A program made the translations under genes and the position numbers. From NCBI GenBank assembly GCA_965113315.1, contig OZ220374.1: DNA of 64,000 nt; one strand, 5' to 3'. Shown one piece after another: positions 13,925 through 26,852 of the stretch (positions within the stretch are counted from its first letter, which is position 1; each line of letters opens with the position of its first letter). Source of the stretch: Podarcis vaucheri (taxonomy: Eukaryota). The notes below the pieces were generated by a model that made no database searches, had not been told where the DNA came from, and worked only from the letters and a program-made list of their open reading frames with translations.

Positions 13925-13969
13925 TGTGTGTGTGTGTGTGTGTGTGCACGCACAACCACACACACACAC
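13925..13969. repeat. (GT)n followed by (CA)n microsatellite
   Basis: Direct reading. Confidence 0.85.
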
Positions 13970-14190
13970 AATCTCAAGACATGCATTTATATATTTCCCT
14001 GTGAAAGGGGGGGGGGCTACGAAAGTGTAGAGGAGAGATAGATAGAAACTAAAATTGAATGCCGGCTGCCAAGATGGAAATGATATTTGTTTTCTATCAC
14101 ACCAGAGAGGCACCATCCCTGCTTTTGTCCTTCAAAGCTGTGAGCGACCACGCTTTAATGCCTGCAGGTTGACCATGCATTGTTATTATC

Positions 14191-14322
14191 NNNNNNNNNN
14201 NNNNNNNNNNNNNNNNNNNNNNNNNNNNNNNNNNNNNNNNNNNNNNNNNNNNNNNNNNNNNNNNNNNNNNNNNNNNNNNNNNNNNNNNNNNNNNNNNNNN
14301 NNNNNNNNNNNNNNNNNNNNNN
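14191..14322. other. N-run, 132 nt
   Basis: Direct reading. Confidence 0.98.
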
Positions 14323-14376
14323 AATGACTGAGTGCTCTCTGACTGACACTAAAAGCACTGGGAGATTGAGGGGCTG

Positions 14377-14572
14377 NNNNNNNNNNNNNNNNNNNNNNNN
14401 NNNNNNNNNNNNNNNNNNNNNNNNNNNNNNNNNNNNNNNNNNNNNNNNNNNNNNNNNNNNNNNNNNNNNNNNNNNNNNNNNNNNNNNNNNNNNNNNNNNN
14501 NNNNNNNNNNNNNNNNNNNNNNNNNNNNNNNNNNNNNNNNNNNNNNNNNNNNNNNNNNNNNNNNNNNNNNNN
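14377..14572. other. N-run, 196 nt
   Basis: Direct reading. Confidence 0.98.
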
Positions 14573-15656
14573 ATTATTTTTGCTACAATGCACTTTGGAA
14601 GCAAAATGTCCTAACTGATATATATTAGTCCTTTATGTTTTATAAATAAAAATCAAACCCATAATGTAATCCTTCAAAAGAAGCGCCTCACATGCCCAGA
14701 TGTGATTTTTAAAAGAGCAAAAAGCAACATATTCTGAAAGTCTTGGAATAAAAAAGGAGGGAGAGAGGGAAAGAGACATAGATAGCTGAGGCTCATATAG
14801 CGGGGAGTAGCGTATGCCAAAGAGTATATTTAAGCTTCACTCATAGCTTAAAGAGATACTGCAACATGATAAGGTTGTGCCCGGGATTGTGGAGTTTAAT
14901 GATACAGGGTGCACAATAAAGTGTCCCCAAATGGAAAGCAGAAAAAAGAAAAAAGAAAGTAAAAAACTAACTATATCGTTTAGAGCCAAAAATGAATATT
15001 TCACACTTCATTTGGATATGAGCCCATAAAGTCTTCTTGATCAGCTTGAAATGAATCACTATCAAATTGGGTCCTGGAGACATACTATCTTCATGCTTCA
15101 ATATTTTTATTACATAAATAGGTTTTTCATTGGGCCTGTCGTATAATGTAGTCATATGATACTGTCTTAATTTCATATATGGTACTGTCATAATTTCACC
15201 TATTAAAAGAGGGAGATTTAAACACTGGTCCTACATACATTAAGGGCATTTTCACATATTATATACCTGACTTGCCACTGAGTGTTTGCTTCGCAAGGAG
15301 CTCTGGCCAACCCTGGTCTTCTGTCCCCATGCCAGAAAGAAGGTGTGAGTCAAAATACGGATATTTCTTAAGGGCTGCAGCTTTATCATGGCATATGGAG
15401 ATCTGAAACAAGCAGCAAGATCCCTTCCAACTAAACACCACCCCAAAAGTCCAAGCTTTCTAACACTTAAGCTAAGAACTAGAAGTGAACTCTCCCACTG
15501 CCTACCTTATGAAGAGTGATATTGCCATGACTGTACATGCTGGACCAGTGTGTCTTAACAGTTTCTGTCACCCCAGTTGGACAACTGGAGTAAGACCACC
15601 AGCAGCCCACGGGACCTCCCCCTCCCCTCTCCACCTCCCCATTTGAGATGTCCATT

Positions 15657-16011
15657 GGTAAATGTAAAGGGACCCCTGACCGTTAGGTCCAGTCACGAAT
15701 GACTCTGGGGTTGCGGTGCTCCTCGCTTTACTGGCTGAGGAGCCAGCATTTGTCCGCAGACAGCTTCCAGGTCATGTGGCCAGCATGACTAAGCCGCTTC
15801 TAGCGAACCAGAGCAGCGCACGGAAACGCCGTTTCCCTTCCCTCCGGAGCAGTACCTATTTATCTACTTGCACTTTGAAATGCTTTTGAACTGCTAGGTG
15901 GGCAGGAGCTGGGACTGAGCAACGGGAGCTCACCCCGTCACGGGGATTCGAACCACCAACCTTCTGATCAGCAAGCCCAAGGTTCAGTGGTTTAGACCAC
16001 AGTACCACCTG
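15657..16011 (-). mobile_element. Sauria SINE (Squam1/POM type)
   Basis: Reverse complement of tRNA head (GGTTCGAATCCCC), body GTGCAAGTAGATAAATAGGTAC and ACCTTT-type tail. Confidence 0.92.
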
Positions 16012-18694
16012 CTGACTTCCATAGCCTGCCCTTAATTCCCTCCCAACCCACGCTGAAGCTGCCTAACATGATTAATGGGTACAAAAGGAAGAGCAGCTAA
16101 GCTGTAGACTCTTCACTCCCCAGGTGGAAAAAGGCATTTCCAATTGTGAGAAGCCTTTAAATAATAATAATAATAAATACTCACTCACATGAGGAAACTG
16201 GCCAATCCCGCCCTACTAGGCTTTAAATGGATGGTTGTCTGCCAACTCTGATTGGCTCTGTAGTAGCATCACCACAGAGCACCAGGTCACCACTGCTGAG
16301 GCCGTGACAGAGGCCGCAGTCACGAGGGTGGGAGAAGGCGGTGGGCGAAGGTGCAAGGAAGGGAGTCAAGAATATGTAGCAACTGATGTAGATTACAAAT
16401 ATGATAATGACGCATCTCCAAGTACCACCTGCTTTTCTTGGCTAACCCAAGTGTATCCATGAAGCAAACTAATCTATTTTTCACGCTCCCTATTATTTAA
16501 TGTTAATAGTTCAGCTGCTTGTATCTTCGTTTGGCTGCTTAGTTTGTTCGTTGCTGACCATCTTCCAAAACATTCCAAGCAGCCTCTGAATATCATGCGC
16601 GGCAGTTGGCTCAGGTGTCATAAAAGATGCAGCTCAAATGCTGCCACTGCAGCAAACGTTTAGTGGCATTTCACAGACCTAATTGGCTGGTTAATGCATG
16701 AATTAACACCAGACGATTCACAGAAGGGGTGTTAATCATTAGTCCTATTCTCTGTCACTTACATAAATCTAAAGCATAGTGTGAAAAGAACAGAATGTTC
16801 TAAATGGTCCCCGTACAGAAGATAAGGATGAGTCTCTTAGAATGAAGCCACCATCTACCCCATGGTAAGCAGGTATAGATATTAATTCATCCCAATGTAT
16901 AGTAGAAGAGGGCTTTAATTTTCTTCTCGGAGTGCAATGTTTCACTTGAAACATCACTGCGGCAATATACAATAACATTTATAAATGCACATACACAGAG
17001 AACACATGGCACATCTGAGGGTTCAATTTCCAGGTTGCAGCAATCCGTTTCTCAGTTCCTACATCCTACTATATTGTTGCAGGCCACTGAGAGGTGTGAG
17101 ATTCCAGGGGTTCCAGATGCTTACCCAGGGTTCAGTTTCCTCGGAATGAGGGTGTGGTGTCTTAATGACATATGGTTTATTTACACATATATACAAGCTG
17201 AGCCTACAATGGAGGGGTTCATAGTATTCATAACCCTAAAGTTTCTTGCTTTTCCCATAGCCAGGGACTTGGATTCAAGCAGAGATCTGGCAGGCCTCTG
17301 TCTCCCTGCTTCCCAGCCTATTGCCTGCCGCTTTTCGATTCTACCTCACACACCTCAACTCTGGCTTTTGTCCTTCTAACTACCAGACAGTTGAGAACTT
17401 GAATAGCCACAGAGCCACTGCCTTTGTTACCTTAATGACCCATACTTGTGCCATCATCAAGAAACTTGCCTGGCCATAGGATCCTTTTTTGGATCCAGGA
17501 ATTAGAACGGACTCAAGCATACAGCCAACCCACCCCAAGCTCACAACAATGTCTTATTTCAAATGATGGCGAAAGGTACTCCCCTCCTCCCCTCCTGTGG
17601 TTCTCTGTCTGGGGTTTACACTTGATAGAACCCAATTTCAATGCCGCATTTTTCAAATCCAGAAAAATAATTTCTCATACCGCTCACAAAACCTCCTCCC
17701 TCTCCCCACAACCCAACCTGGCTATTAGCAGCATGTCAAACTGGAGATGTGGAGCCAGTGAAACTAAAGGATGCTCCTTTCAAACAGATGAAAAATAAAT
17801 TAAGAGCCTGAACCCAGCACTCTGAAGTCGATAAGCTCTCTGACCTCTGGGCTAGGAATATAAGACCTACCTACGTTAGATGAAACCAAAGGTGCACCTA
17901 CTAGTTCAACACTCTGGCTGGCATCTAAAATATTGCTAATATGTTCTACATGGGACTTTCCAGCCTTCTCATTCTTACTGCAGCCCATGTGCCTCTTCCC
18001 CCTAAAGCCCCTCCGGAAGATCGGAGCAGGAAAATAAATAACTGTTCCAAGTGCTCTATGGACTCTGGTCTCTGTCTCCCAACTACATTTATTTCTGATT
18101 ACATTTTAATTCTGCACTTCCTACAAGGAGCTCAAGGCAATGTACATGGCGCTTCTTTCATCACAACAACCCTGTAAAATAGGTTAGGCTGAGAGATAGT
18201 CCTAACCCAAGGCCTCCCCGTGAACCTCATGTGGACCAGGTCTCCTAAGTCTTAGTGCAGGAGTACAGACCGCCCCTGGCCTTGTCTCCTCCACTTATTC
18301 ACTTGCTTCTAAAAAGTGTTTGTTGTTTTTCCCTTGGGTGAGTTGGGATCCATATGGGAAGGTACAAGTCAGTGTCTCCCACTATATTTCTGTTTTTGAG
18401 CATTACTGCATGGTTTCATGGAACTCAGTGTGAAGTTGGCCACAGTTGCTCAGGGCTTGAGATTTACTGGATCATGGAGAAGGGCATTGGGACTGACTTA
18501 AGGTCCCTCCAGAGTACAGCTAGCTGGCTTTCTGCTCCAAAAGGATACCTCTGACCTCTCCCAACCCAAATCGATAGCTAAGTCTCCACTGAGACACTCT
18601 GAACTCAGCAGCAGCTCACACTGAAATGCCACTCTCCTGTGCTCATACTTCTGCAGGGCAGGTAGCCTATTCTTGGCCACCCGTCTCTCTAGTT

Positions 18695-18830
18695 CAGGCA
18701 TGGCCAAACTTGGCCCTCCAGATGTTTTGGGACTACAACTCCCATCATCCCTAGCTAACAGGACCAGTGATCAGGGATGATGGGAATTGTAGTCCCAAAA
18801 CAATTGCAGGGCTAAGTTTGGCCATGCCTG
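18695..18830. mobile_element. Palindromic hAT (Charlie/Buster-type) MITE
   Basis: TIR CAGGCATGGCCAAACT/AGTTTGGCCATGCCTG with perfect 8-bp TSD CTCTAGTT. Confidence 0.92.
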
Positions 18831-20321
18831 CTCTAGTTGTATTCCATGGTCTTATTGTCCTTACTAAAATTCCAGCTGTTTGTATGTCAATTGTTCCCTT
18901 TCCATATTCTTCTTAGTCTCTTTACTGTTCTGCTGTGTTTAAATTCCCAACCTAGAACTCTATATAAGACCAATCTCTCTATTTGTATTAAGAACCTTTT
19001 AAGTATGTGGTCCAAGCAATGAAGGCTAGGTGACCTGTGTAATTTGTAAAAAAGCCAGCCATTTTATCCTTTCATATTTATGTATTGACGCTTCCAGTCA
19101 CAAAATCCATTTTTACTCTCTGTAAATACATATTTTAAGCATAGCAATTGTACAGTTGTGCTACTTCCCAAAGTAAGCGAGATAAGATTGGCATTTATTA
19201 GTCTTGGCTAATTTCCCCCCAAAATAAGCATGGATGTAATATTGGCATTTTTCAAGGTTACCATGCCCATTGCAATAATTTCTAGGTGCACATCCATCTT
19301 CAGTATAGCTCCCAAATTAAAAGTTTCACAAACAACACTTGTAATATGTGTATGTGTACACATGTGTAGGCAGGCACATAAGCAGATTTGGTACCAAAGG
19401 GTTGATTCACACAACCATTTAAACTGAAATATCATTTTTCTCCACAGTGGTTCTCCCCTTAACATCTTGTTCTTATAATAGTTCGTTTTCAGATTATTTT
19501 GGAAACTTGCTTTACCTTTTTTCAAAGACACCTGAACACGACCCAGCCTGAACACAATTTCAGTCTTTTTGTGACACTACCCCTAAATGGTAGGAAGAAA
19601 TTAATCTCAATAAATCAATTGATTGATCAATAGACACACATGCATTCATACTGTCATGCTTTTGTATTTTAATCCAGAAGATAATGGTTGTGTTTAGATA
19701 AGTTCAACCTTCTTTGAACCATAATTTTAGATTCAACGTTTTAAATTTAATTTTTTGTCAATATGTTGTTTATTTTAAATTGAAAATAAAAAGTATCAGG
19801 AGGTGAAATATATTAAACTGCTGTGAAATCAAAAACTCAAATTAGAGTTGCTAGAATAATGACAACCCCCAGTTTTATCTGGCCACGGATCTCTTGAATT
19901 TTTTTCCTCCCAGCTGAACTGGGAGGACATTTGTCCTAGTTTTCCTTTAGAACATGGTATTATGTTGGTTGATATGTAAGTAGTACTCAAAGCAGCAAAA
20001 ACACAAACACAGGAGCATATTCTGCCATTGCAGAATATATCAAGCCTGTGGTTTATTTCAAAATGTAATTCAATTATTTATAAACAGGTAGCATTTTTAT
20101 ATCATTCAATTCTATTATATCCCCAAATCACAAAACCCAGATATTTTTCTATTTGTATTTGATAGCATGTAGTTACCAAAGGTATAAAAATGAAATAAAG
20201 CGCACTTTTAGTGCAAATCGTGATTAATTTTTATTAGGATGATATACTTATATATTATAAACAGACACTTTATTTGTAGATACTTTCCCCTGCGAGCTGA
20301 TTTCTGTGGTGTGGAATGCAG

Positions 20322-20557
20322 NNNNNNNNNNNNNNNNNNNNNNNNNNNNNNNNNNNNNNNNNNNNNNNNNNNNNNNNNNNNNNNNNNNNNNNNNNNNNNN
20401 NNNNNNNNNNNNNNNNNNNNNNNNNNNNNNNNNNNNNNNNNNNNNNNNNNNNNNNNNNNNNNNNNNNNNNNNNNNNNNNNNNNNNNNNNNNNNNNNNNNN
20501 NNNNNNNNNNNNNNNNNNNNNNNNNNNNNNNNNNNNNNNNNNNNNNNNNNNNNNNNN
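20322..20557. other. N-run, 236 nt
   Basis: Direct reading. Confidence 0.98.
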
Positions 20558-21294
20558 GCATATAGTAAATTTCAAATTCAGTTGTATTTCCATATTGGCC
20601 GAGGCTGCATTTTAACTGTTTGAAGCCATGCAGTTTGTGTACATACACCTATCTAGTATCTGCCTTAATGCACAGATTGCACACACATGTGCCCCACAAA
20701 GACATTGTACATACACGTATTGTGATTTACCCTTTAACTAATTTTAGCATGAATTGGAGCGGACTAGGTTATAGTTATGTATCTTAACCTATCATTACTG
20801 CCCTGAGCATTCAAGACGTAGTAGCCCATAAATGTGAAGGAATGAAGGAATGAAAGATAGTGGCATAAAAAGATAACATTCTCCTCCAAACCCACAGAAT
20901 CACGGTTGGCAGCGTTCCTGAAACACACATTTCCATGATAGGAAAATTCAAATGGATGAAGGATTTATTCTTGAAACTCTTCTAACTTTTGTTCAGTGTT
21001 TGCTCAGTGTTTACTGAAACACTGGTCAATTATGCAGCAACAAAAAGTGGCTTTCGTTACCCTAGAAAATACATTTTGCTTTTCATTGCTTATGCTTATG
21101 ATCAGATTTAGTACGTTATTTATGAAGGACTGAAGACTAAAACTGATATATTAATATATGTTGGAGTGAAACCAGTGAGACTTCCACACCATTGCCACAG
21201 ACTAGCAATCTATGTGTGGAAACAAATGTATGTACACTGTATTTTTCCACGAAAAGGATGAGGTATATGTATGGCACACCATGTTGGCTCCCTT

Positions 21295-21418
21295 GGTCTA
21301 TACTGAAAGGCAGCAGCTCTCTAGAGTTTTGAACTGGAGTCTCGCCTAAGAGATGCTGGAGGCTGGAGACTTTTTGCCTGCAAAACATACGCTGTACCAC
21401 TGATCTCCATTCTGCCAT
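21295..21418 (-). mobile_element. Old degenerate tRNA-derived SINE
   Basis: Minus strand ATCAGTGGTACAGCGTATGTTTTGCAGGCAAAAAGTC resembles a tRNA head; related relic near 51150-51320. Confidence 0.45.
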
Positions 21419-21554
21419 TTTCTCAGTCCTCCAGCAGTGGCATGGGGCTGCTAATTAGTTTGAAGAAAAAGCAAATCCCAGCAATGGACCTCCATACCCT
21501 CCAACATTTCTCCGATGAAAACAGGGACATCCTATTCCATACTAAGAAAATTGT

Positions 21555-21712
21555 TGTTATTATTACTATTTATACGCCACCCATCTTCCATCTGACTGGG
21601 TTGCCAGTCACTCTGGACAGCTTCCAACATATATAAAAACATAATAAAACATTACACACTTAAAAACCTCCCTATACAGGGCTGCCTTCAGGTGTCTTCT
21701 AAAGTTTGTATG
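21555..21712 (-). mobile_element. L2 LINE 3' end
   Basis: Reverse complement of AGACA(T/C)CTGAAGGCAGCCCTGT.TAGGGA...CCAGAGTG...CAGATGG + (TAA) tail, as in the 59555-59986 copy. Confidence 0.7.
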
Positions 21713-21733
21713 GTTACTTATCTCCTTGGCTTA

Positions 21734-22083
21734 AAGGGTAAAGGGACCCCTGAACATGAGGTCCAGTCGTGGCCAACTCTGGGGTTGCGGTGCTCCTCTC
21801 ACTTTATTGGCTGAGGGAGTCAGCGTATAGCTTCTGGGTCATGTGGCCAGCATGACTAAGCCGCTCTGGTGAACCAGAGCAGCGCGCGGAAACGCCATTT
21901 ACCTTCCTGCTGGAGTGGTACCTATTTATCTACTTGCACTTTGATGTGCTTTCAAACTGCTAGGTTGGCAGGAGCAGGGACCGAGCAATGGGAGCTTACC
22001 CCGTCGTGGGGATTCGAACCGCCGACCTTCTGATCGGCAAGCCCTAGACTCCGTGGTTTAACCCACAGCGCCACCCACGTCCC
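21734..22083 (-). mobile_element. Sauria SINE, full length
   Basis: Family consensus features; TSD TTATCTCC(T/G)TGGCTTA on both sides. Confidence 0.95.
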
Positions 22084-22597
22084 TTTATCTCCGTGGCTTA
22101 GGGGCCGCAGGCACACATGCAAATGTGGCAGGAACTTTTTTGCTTCCCATAAAGAGAGAGAGAGAGTGCTCACTTCATTACGAAACACTTTATGAAGAGA
22201 ATAGGCAAGGAAGGATGGCCAGCCCCAAGCAAGTCACAACAACAGCATCCAGATGCAGAGGCTGGAATAATTAAATAGTGTGTCCACTCTGGGCTGCTTT
22301 TTTTTTTAAATCAAGATGACATTATTTGAAGCCCACCAGAGAGCCTGAAAGAGTCTGTCTCCTTTACAGAGGCAATAAGAAGTCAGGCGGAGGGCATGGA
22401 GTTTTCCCTCACCTTCCAGAACTTTTAGTTGGAGGCTGCCTTGTCAGATGGAACTGAAACACTGCTTCCAAGATGGGAAGATCCATAGATTCAGAAGCAG
22501 GTATGCAGCCCACTCTATGAATGATCTCCAGACCAAAACTAACGGTTGCAACCAAGCAGAGATATATGCATTCCATTCTTTGAACGTTTTTACTGCC

Positions 22598-22648
22598 TAC
22601 TATGGGGTCATGAAGAGTCGGACACGACTAAATGACTAAACGACAACA
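22598..22648 (+). mobile_element. BovB extreme 3' fragment
   Basis: TATGGGGTCATGAAGAGTCGGACACGACTAAATGACTAAACGACAAC matches the end of 39949-40612. Confidence 0.75.
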
Positions 22649-23711
22649 TAAGGCATCAAACAGGATGAGGCGAAGAAACCTAAGATAATAATTAATTTTC
22701 ACAGTAACAAATAAGATTTAATTAGTGGCACAAGGATACAGCAAAATAAATGTATTTTATCTAGCATAGTGTTTAAAGTGAAGCCCTCCTCTCCAACACA
22801 ATCAAGGCGAGATTACATGTCTCAGGAACTTACGGATGTAATAGATCTTTCCATTCAGCTATTGCCTAAACGCAATCCACTATTTGGTGGTCTACAAAGA
22901 TGTTATCTGATCACAGAGTGATGTACTTGTGGTTCAGAGAAAGTGGGTACCCTAAAGATCATTAGAGTTTAAATCTTCTCCCTGAGGACTTTTTACCCTT
23001 CTGACATACTCGGCAATTCTACCAAAAACACACTCGACAGAACAGTAATCATTAACTCATACATAAGCACAGGGGCAAAGGCCTGGGTTATAGCAGCTAT
23101 TAATTAGGATAATTATTCCCAAGACTACAATTACAAACCACAAGATCCACTTAGCATCTATTCTCAAATTTTCCCTTCCTGCCATTCTAATGCTTCTGAG
23201 AGGTTCATTTACCACCATTTACCAAATGCATCCACTGTCGTATATTGTTTCAGATGGGGAGGATGGAAAGCCAATACCCAATATTGACCTTTTGAGTATC
23301 CTGTGATTAGCAAGGCCGCACCCCCCGTCATTAGCTACATAGGTTTATTGAGAGACAGAGAGCGTGCAATGGATTTGTGATTTTCTTTTAGAAGCGCATA
23401 TGAAATAAAACACCACTCGGGAAGGTTTGAAAGCATTTGCTCTCAGGAATTGTTAAATCACAAACCTAAGGGCAGGACACTTCTTGAGTCTCAACCCCTA
23501 ACACTTTTTTGATGCTTCAGAAATATAAAAATGAGAGAAGGGATTATTCTTTCCCCACCTTACAATATTGCTATTACCTAGGCTGCTCAGCATTCTGCCT
23601 ATCACTTAGATGCCACTACAACCCCCCCCTTGATACGACAGTTGGAGATACCAGGGACCCCAGAATGGGGTGGGTGGGGATAAAAAGAGATGAGAGCCCC
23701 CAAGATTATAC

Positions 23712-23948
23712 AGAAGAGAAGACTCCCTGGAAAAGACCCTGATGTTGGGAAAGATGGAGGGCACAAGAAGAAAGGGACGACAGAAGACAAGATGGTTGGA
23801 CAGTGTTCTCGAAGCTACGAACATGAGTTTGACTAAACTGTGGGAGGCAGTGGAAGACAGAAGTGCCTGGCGTGCTCTGGATATGGGGTCACAAAGAGTT
23901 GGACACGACTAAAGAGTTGGACACGACTGTAAAGGAAACAACAACAAT
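23712..23948 (+). mobile_element. BovB (RTE) LINE 3' fragment
   Basis: AGAGAAGACTCCCTGGAAAAGACCCTGATGTTGGGAAAGAT... matches the long copy; CAA tail; tandem duplication of AAAGAGTTGGACACGACT. Confidence 0.92.
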
Positions 23949-24999
23949 TTCAATATTTTATTCCTCCCCCCAAAGGCAACCCCTAATAGTTCCTGCAGAC
24001 ATCTATGGCTATAGTCAAGGTTAACCAATAAAGGTCAGTTTTGCTTAGAGGCCCAGCAAGCGACTGCTACGCATTGCTTGCTATGATGTGGGAGCAGAGC
24101 TTAGCTGCGTGGAAGGAAGAGCTGAGCCCTAATGTGTGGAATGAGAGGATGAGAGCTGAGATGCTTATAATTCTCCTACTATTCTATAATATGAATGATC
24201 TGAGTCTTTTCAGTACTGTTTGGATCACTTCTGAATTTTATTTAATATAAATCTACCTTGAGTTCCTTCCGTACTGGGCAAACACTGCCAGGATATAGTG
24301 TCCAACACATGGCGTACTTCTTAGTACCAGAGGCAGAGTTAGAGAAGCATGACTTGTTTGCCCGCACTGGGAGCCGAGGAGGCGCCATAACAATGACGAA
24401 CAATGGAAGGTGAGCAGCAGTGACGGAGGTTTGAATTTTGGGTGTTGCATGGGGCGCCACTGAAATTTTAATGCCCCAAGCCCCCTACTGCTTGTCCCAT
24501 CAGCCAATGGCATGAAGGAAAGAAAAGTGTGATTTATTTAAAAAGGCAGAAATACTCATACCCACAGGGCTGGCTCTCCTTATAGGAAGGACTGGTGCCA
24601 TACTTGAAGGCAGGAGGAGCTCATGAAGAAGTGTCGTTTGTGCCAGGGGAGCCCATTTGCCCTCCACCCACAGAAAGAAATCAGGGGGCCATGTTGGAGG
24701 ACGGACCACGTCCCATGTGACCTGCTCCATGGATAGACCCTGCCAGGCAAGTGCTTCAGGCTGATAGCTCTCATGTTTGTTGCATCTTCTGGAGATGCTT
24801 TTCCCCCAATGCTCCCTAAATTCCATGCAGAAGCAGTAAATGGAAAGTGGAGTGTTTCTTTTAAACGTGCTGTTAGATTGTATTTGCAAGCATTTGATGT
24901 TCTTCTTTAATAGCCTCAAGTACAGGGCTGAATGAATTCAACAACAGTGGCTTGGAAAAAAAAGTGCAATGACTCATATTATAAGAAAATGGGGAAAAG

Positions 25000-25307
25000 N
25001 NNNNNNNNNNNNNNNNNNNNNNNNNNNNNNNNNNNNNNNNNNNNNNNNNNNNNNNNNNNNNNNNNNNNNNNNNNNNNNNNNNNNNNNNNNNNNNNNNNNN
25101 NNNNNNNNNNNNNNNNNNNNNNNNNNNNNNNNNNNNNNNNNNNNNNNNNNNNNNNNNNNNNNNNNNNNNNNNNNNNNNNNNNNNNNNNNNNNNNNNNNNN
25201 NNNNNNNNNNNNNNNNNNNNNNNNNNNNNNNNNNNNNNNNNNNNNNNNNNNNNNNNNNNNNNNNNNNNNNNNNNNNNNNNNNNNNNNNNNNNNNNNNNNN
25301 NNNNNNN
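25000..25307. other. N-run, 308 nt
   Basis: Direct reading. Confidence 0.98.
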
Positions 25308-25375
25308 AGGCATATGCTTCAGTGAACTCTCCAACGTTCTTAATGCACATTAGAAAAATGTTGTGGCTTTTTTCA

Positions 25376-25376
<1 letters not shown>

Positions 25377-25415
<39 letters not shown>
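25377..25415. repeat. (TA)n microsatellite
   Basis: Direct reading. Confidence 0.95.
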
Positions 25416-25417
<2 letters not shown>

Positions 25418-26137
25418 AAAAGAATTAATTTTACATTAAAAATACAAGGCTTCAATGGTCTGGGTTTCCTTCTCTCCCTGGCATTAAATGCAGTTGTTTT
25501 GAGAAACACAATTTCGTATATAATTACATATTTGCTATAAGATAATCAGTAGCATATCTAACTCTAATTCTCAGATTATGCCACAACTTGGCTGAAAGAA
25601 ACTCAAAATAAGCAGCCCCTGGTGTATTCTCGGACTGTATTGCATTCTCATAAGGCCTGATCCAGCTGGTTCTTTAGATGTGCCATCAGGCATGTTCAGC
25701 TGTCCTGTTATGTAAGCTTTCCCCTTACTCTCCCCTGGCTATATATTCTGCTTTTATTACAGTTTGTTAGCCACCCTGAGGGCGCATTCAGACGTGTGGA
25801 TTATTGCTTTAAGTTTTCCTGGTTAGGATGCCAGAACGTTTGTCCCAGTTTCTAACATTCCTTTTGCACTGCATTTCCTGTTGAACTATGGAACTGTGGC
25901 TTTTGACAAATATACCACCATGCTGTGCCGTGACGTGGTGTGACACAGCAGCAGGTGTCACTCAACATGTACCCAAGCTTTTATGCACATGTGTGCTTCT
26001 GTTGCCCTGTGATCAACCCACAAAAATAATGGGGAGCAGCTGTACGACAAAACAGCACTGAAAATTTAGTCACCTCCATGAAAACCAGGGGATAATTACA
26101 GCACAAAACTCACACAATTTTCTGGGTTAAATTGAGT

Positions 26138-26142
26138 ACACA

Positions 26143-26203
<61 letters not shown>
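26138..26203. repeat. Compound (CA)n(GA)n microsatellite
   Basis: Direct reading. Confidence 0.95.
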
Positions 26204-26206
<3 letters not shown>

Positions 26207-26635
26207 AGCACTAAACCTTAGCCAGATTCTGGTAGATTTCCAGAAATGGCTTTTATATCATGTGAACGATCACATAACCTGTAGTGTTCAGGGAAAGAAA
26301 CACCAGGGAAACAGAATAAAGTGCTGTCTGAATGCAGCCTAAGACTTTTTGGAGAAATATGCAGGATAAAAATTGTAATAAAGAAATAAATAACAATAAA
26401 TAAACGATAGATGGGGAAGAGGAGCAGCAGCAGAAATCCCTGCGCACTGAGCAGGGCATGATGAAGAAGGCAGGGAAGATACAAAAGGGCTTCACTACTG
26501 GGTCATGCAGGGAACAAGAAATTGATCGTGTTAGCCTGCTGATTTATGATTGGCTGTGCAGGCCAAATTTGGCAGGTGGGAGGGTTTGCCAGCCTGTCAA
26601 TCACATGGCATCGGAATGACATCATGTGCAAGGTA

Positions 26636-26802
26636 CCATATTTTTTCTGTGTATAAGATGCCCCCATGTACAAGACGACCCCTATTTTTTGAGCCCAAAA
26701 TTAAGAAATAAATAATTGCAACATTCCGTGTATAAGACGACCCCCAATTTTAAACTTTAAAAAAATGGTGGAAAATATAGTCTTACACATGGAAAAATGC
26801 AG
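26636..26802. mobile_element. Degenerate Tc1/mariner (CCGTATTTTTC-type) MITE
   Basis: TA|CCATATTTTTTCTGTGTATAAGA...TCTTACACATGGAAAAATGCAG|TA. Confidence 0.65.
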
Positions 26803-26852
26803 TATTTTGAAGTCCTGAAGTTAAAATTTCAATCTTCAAACACCTTTCAAGG

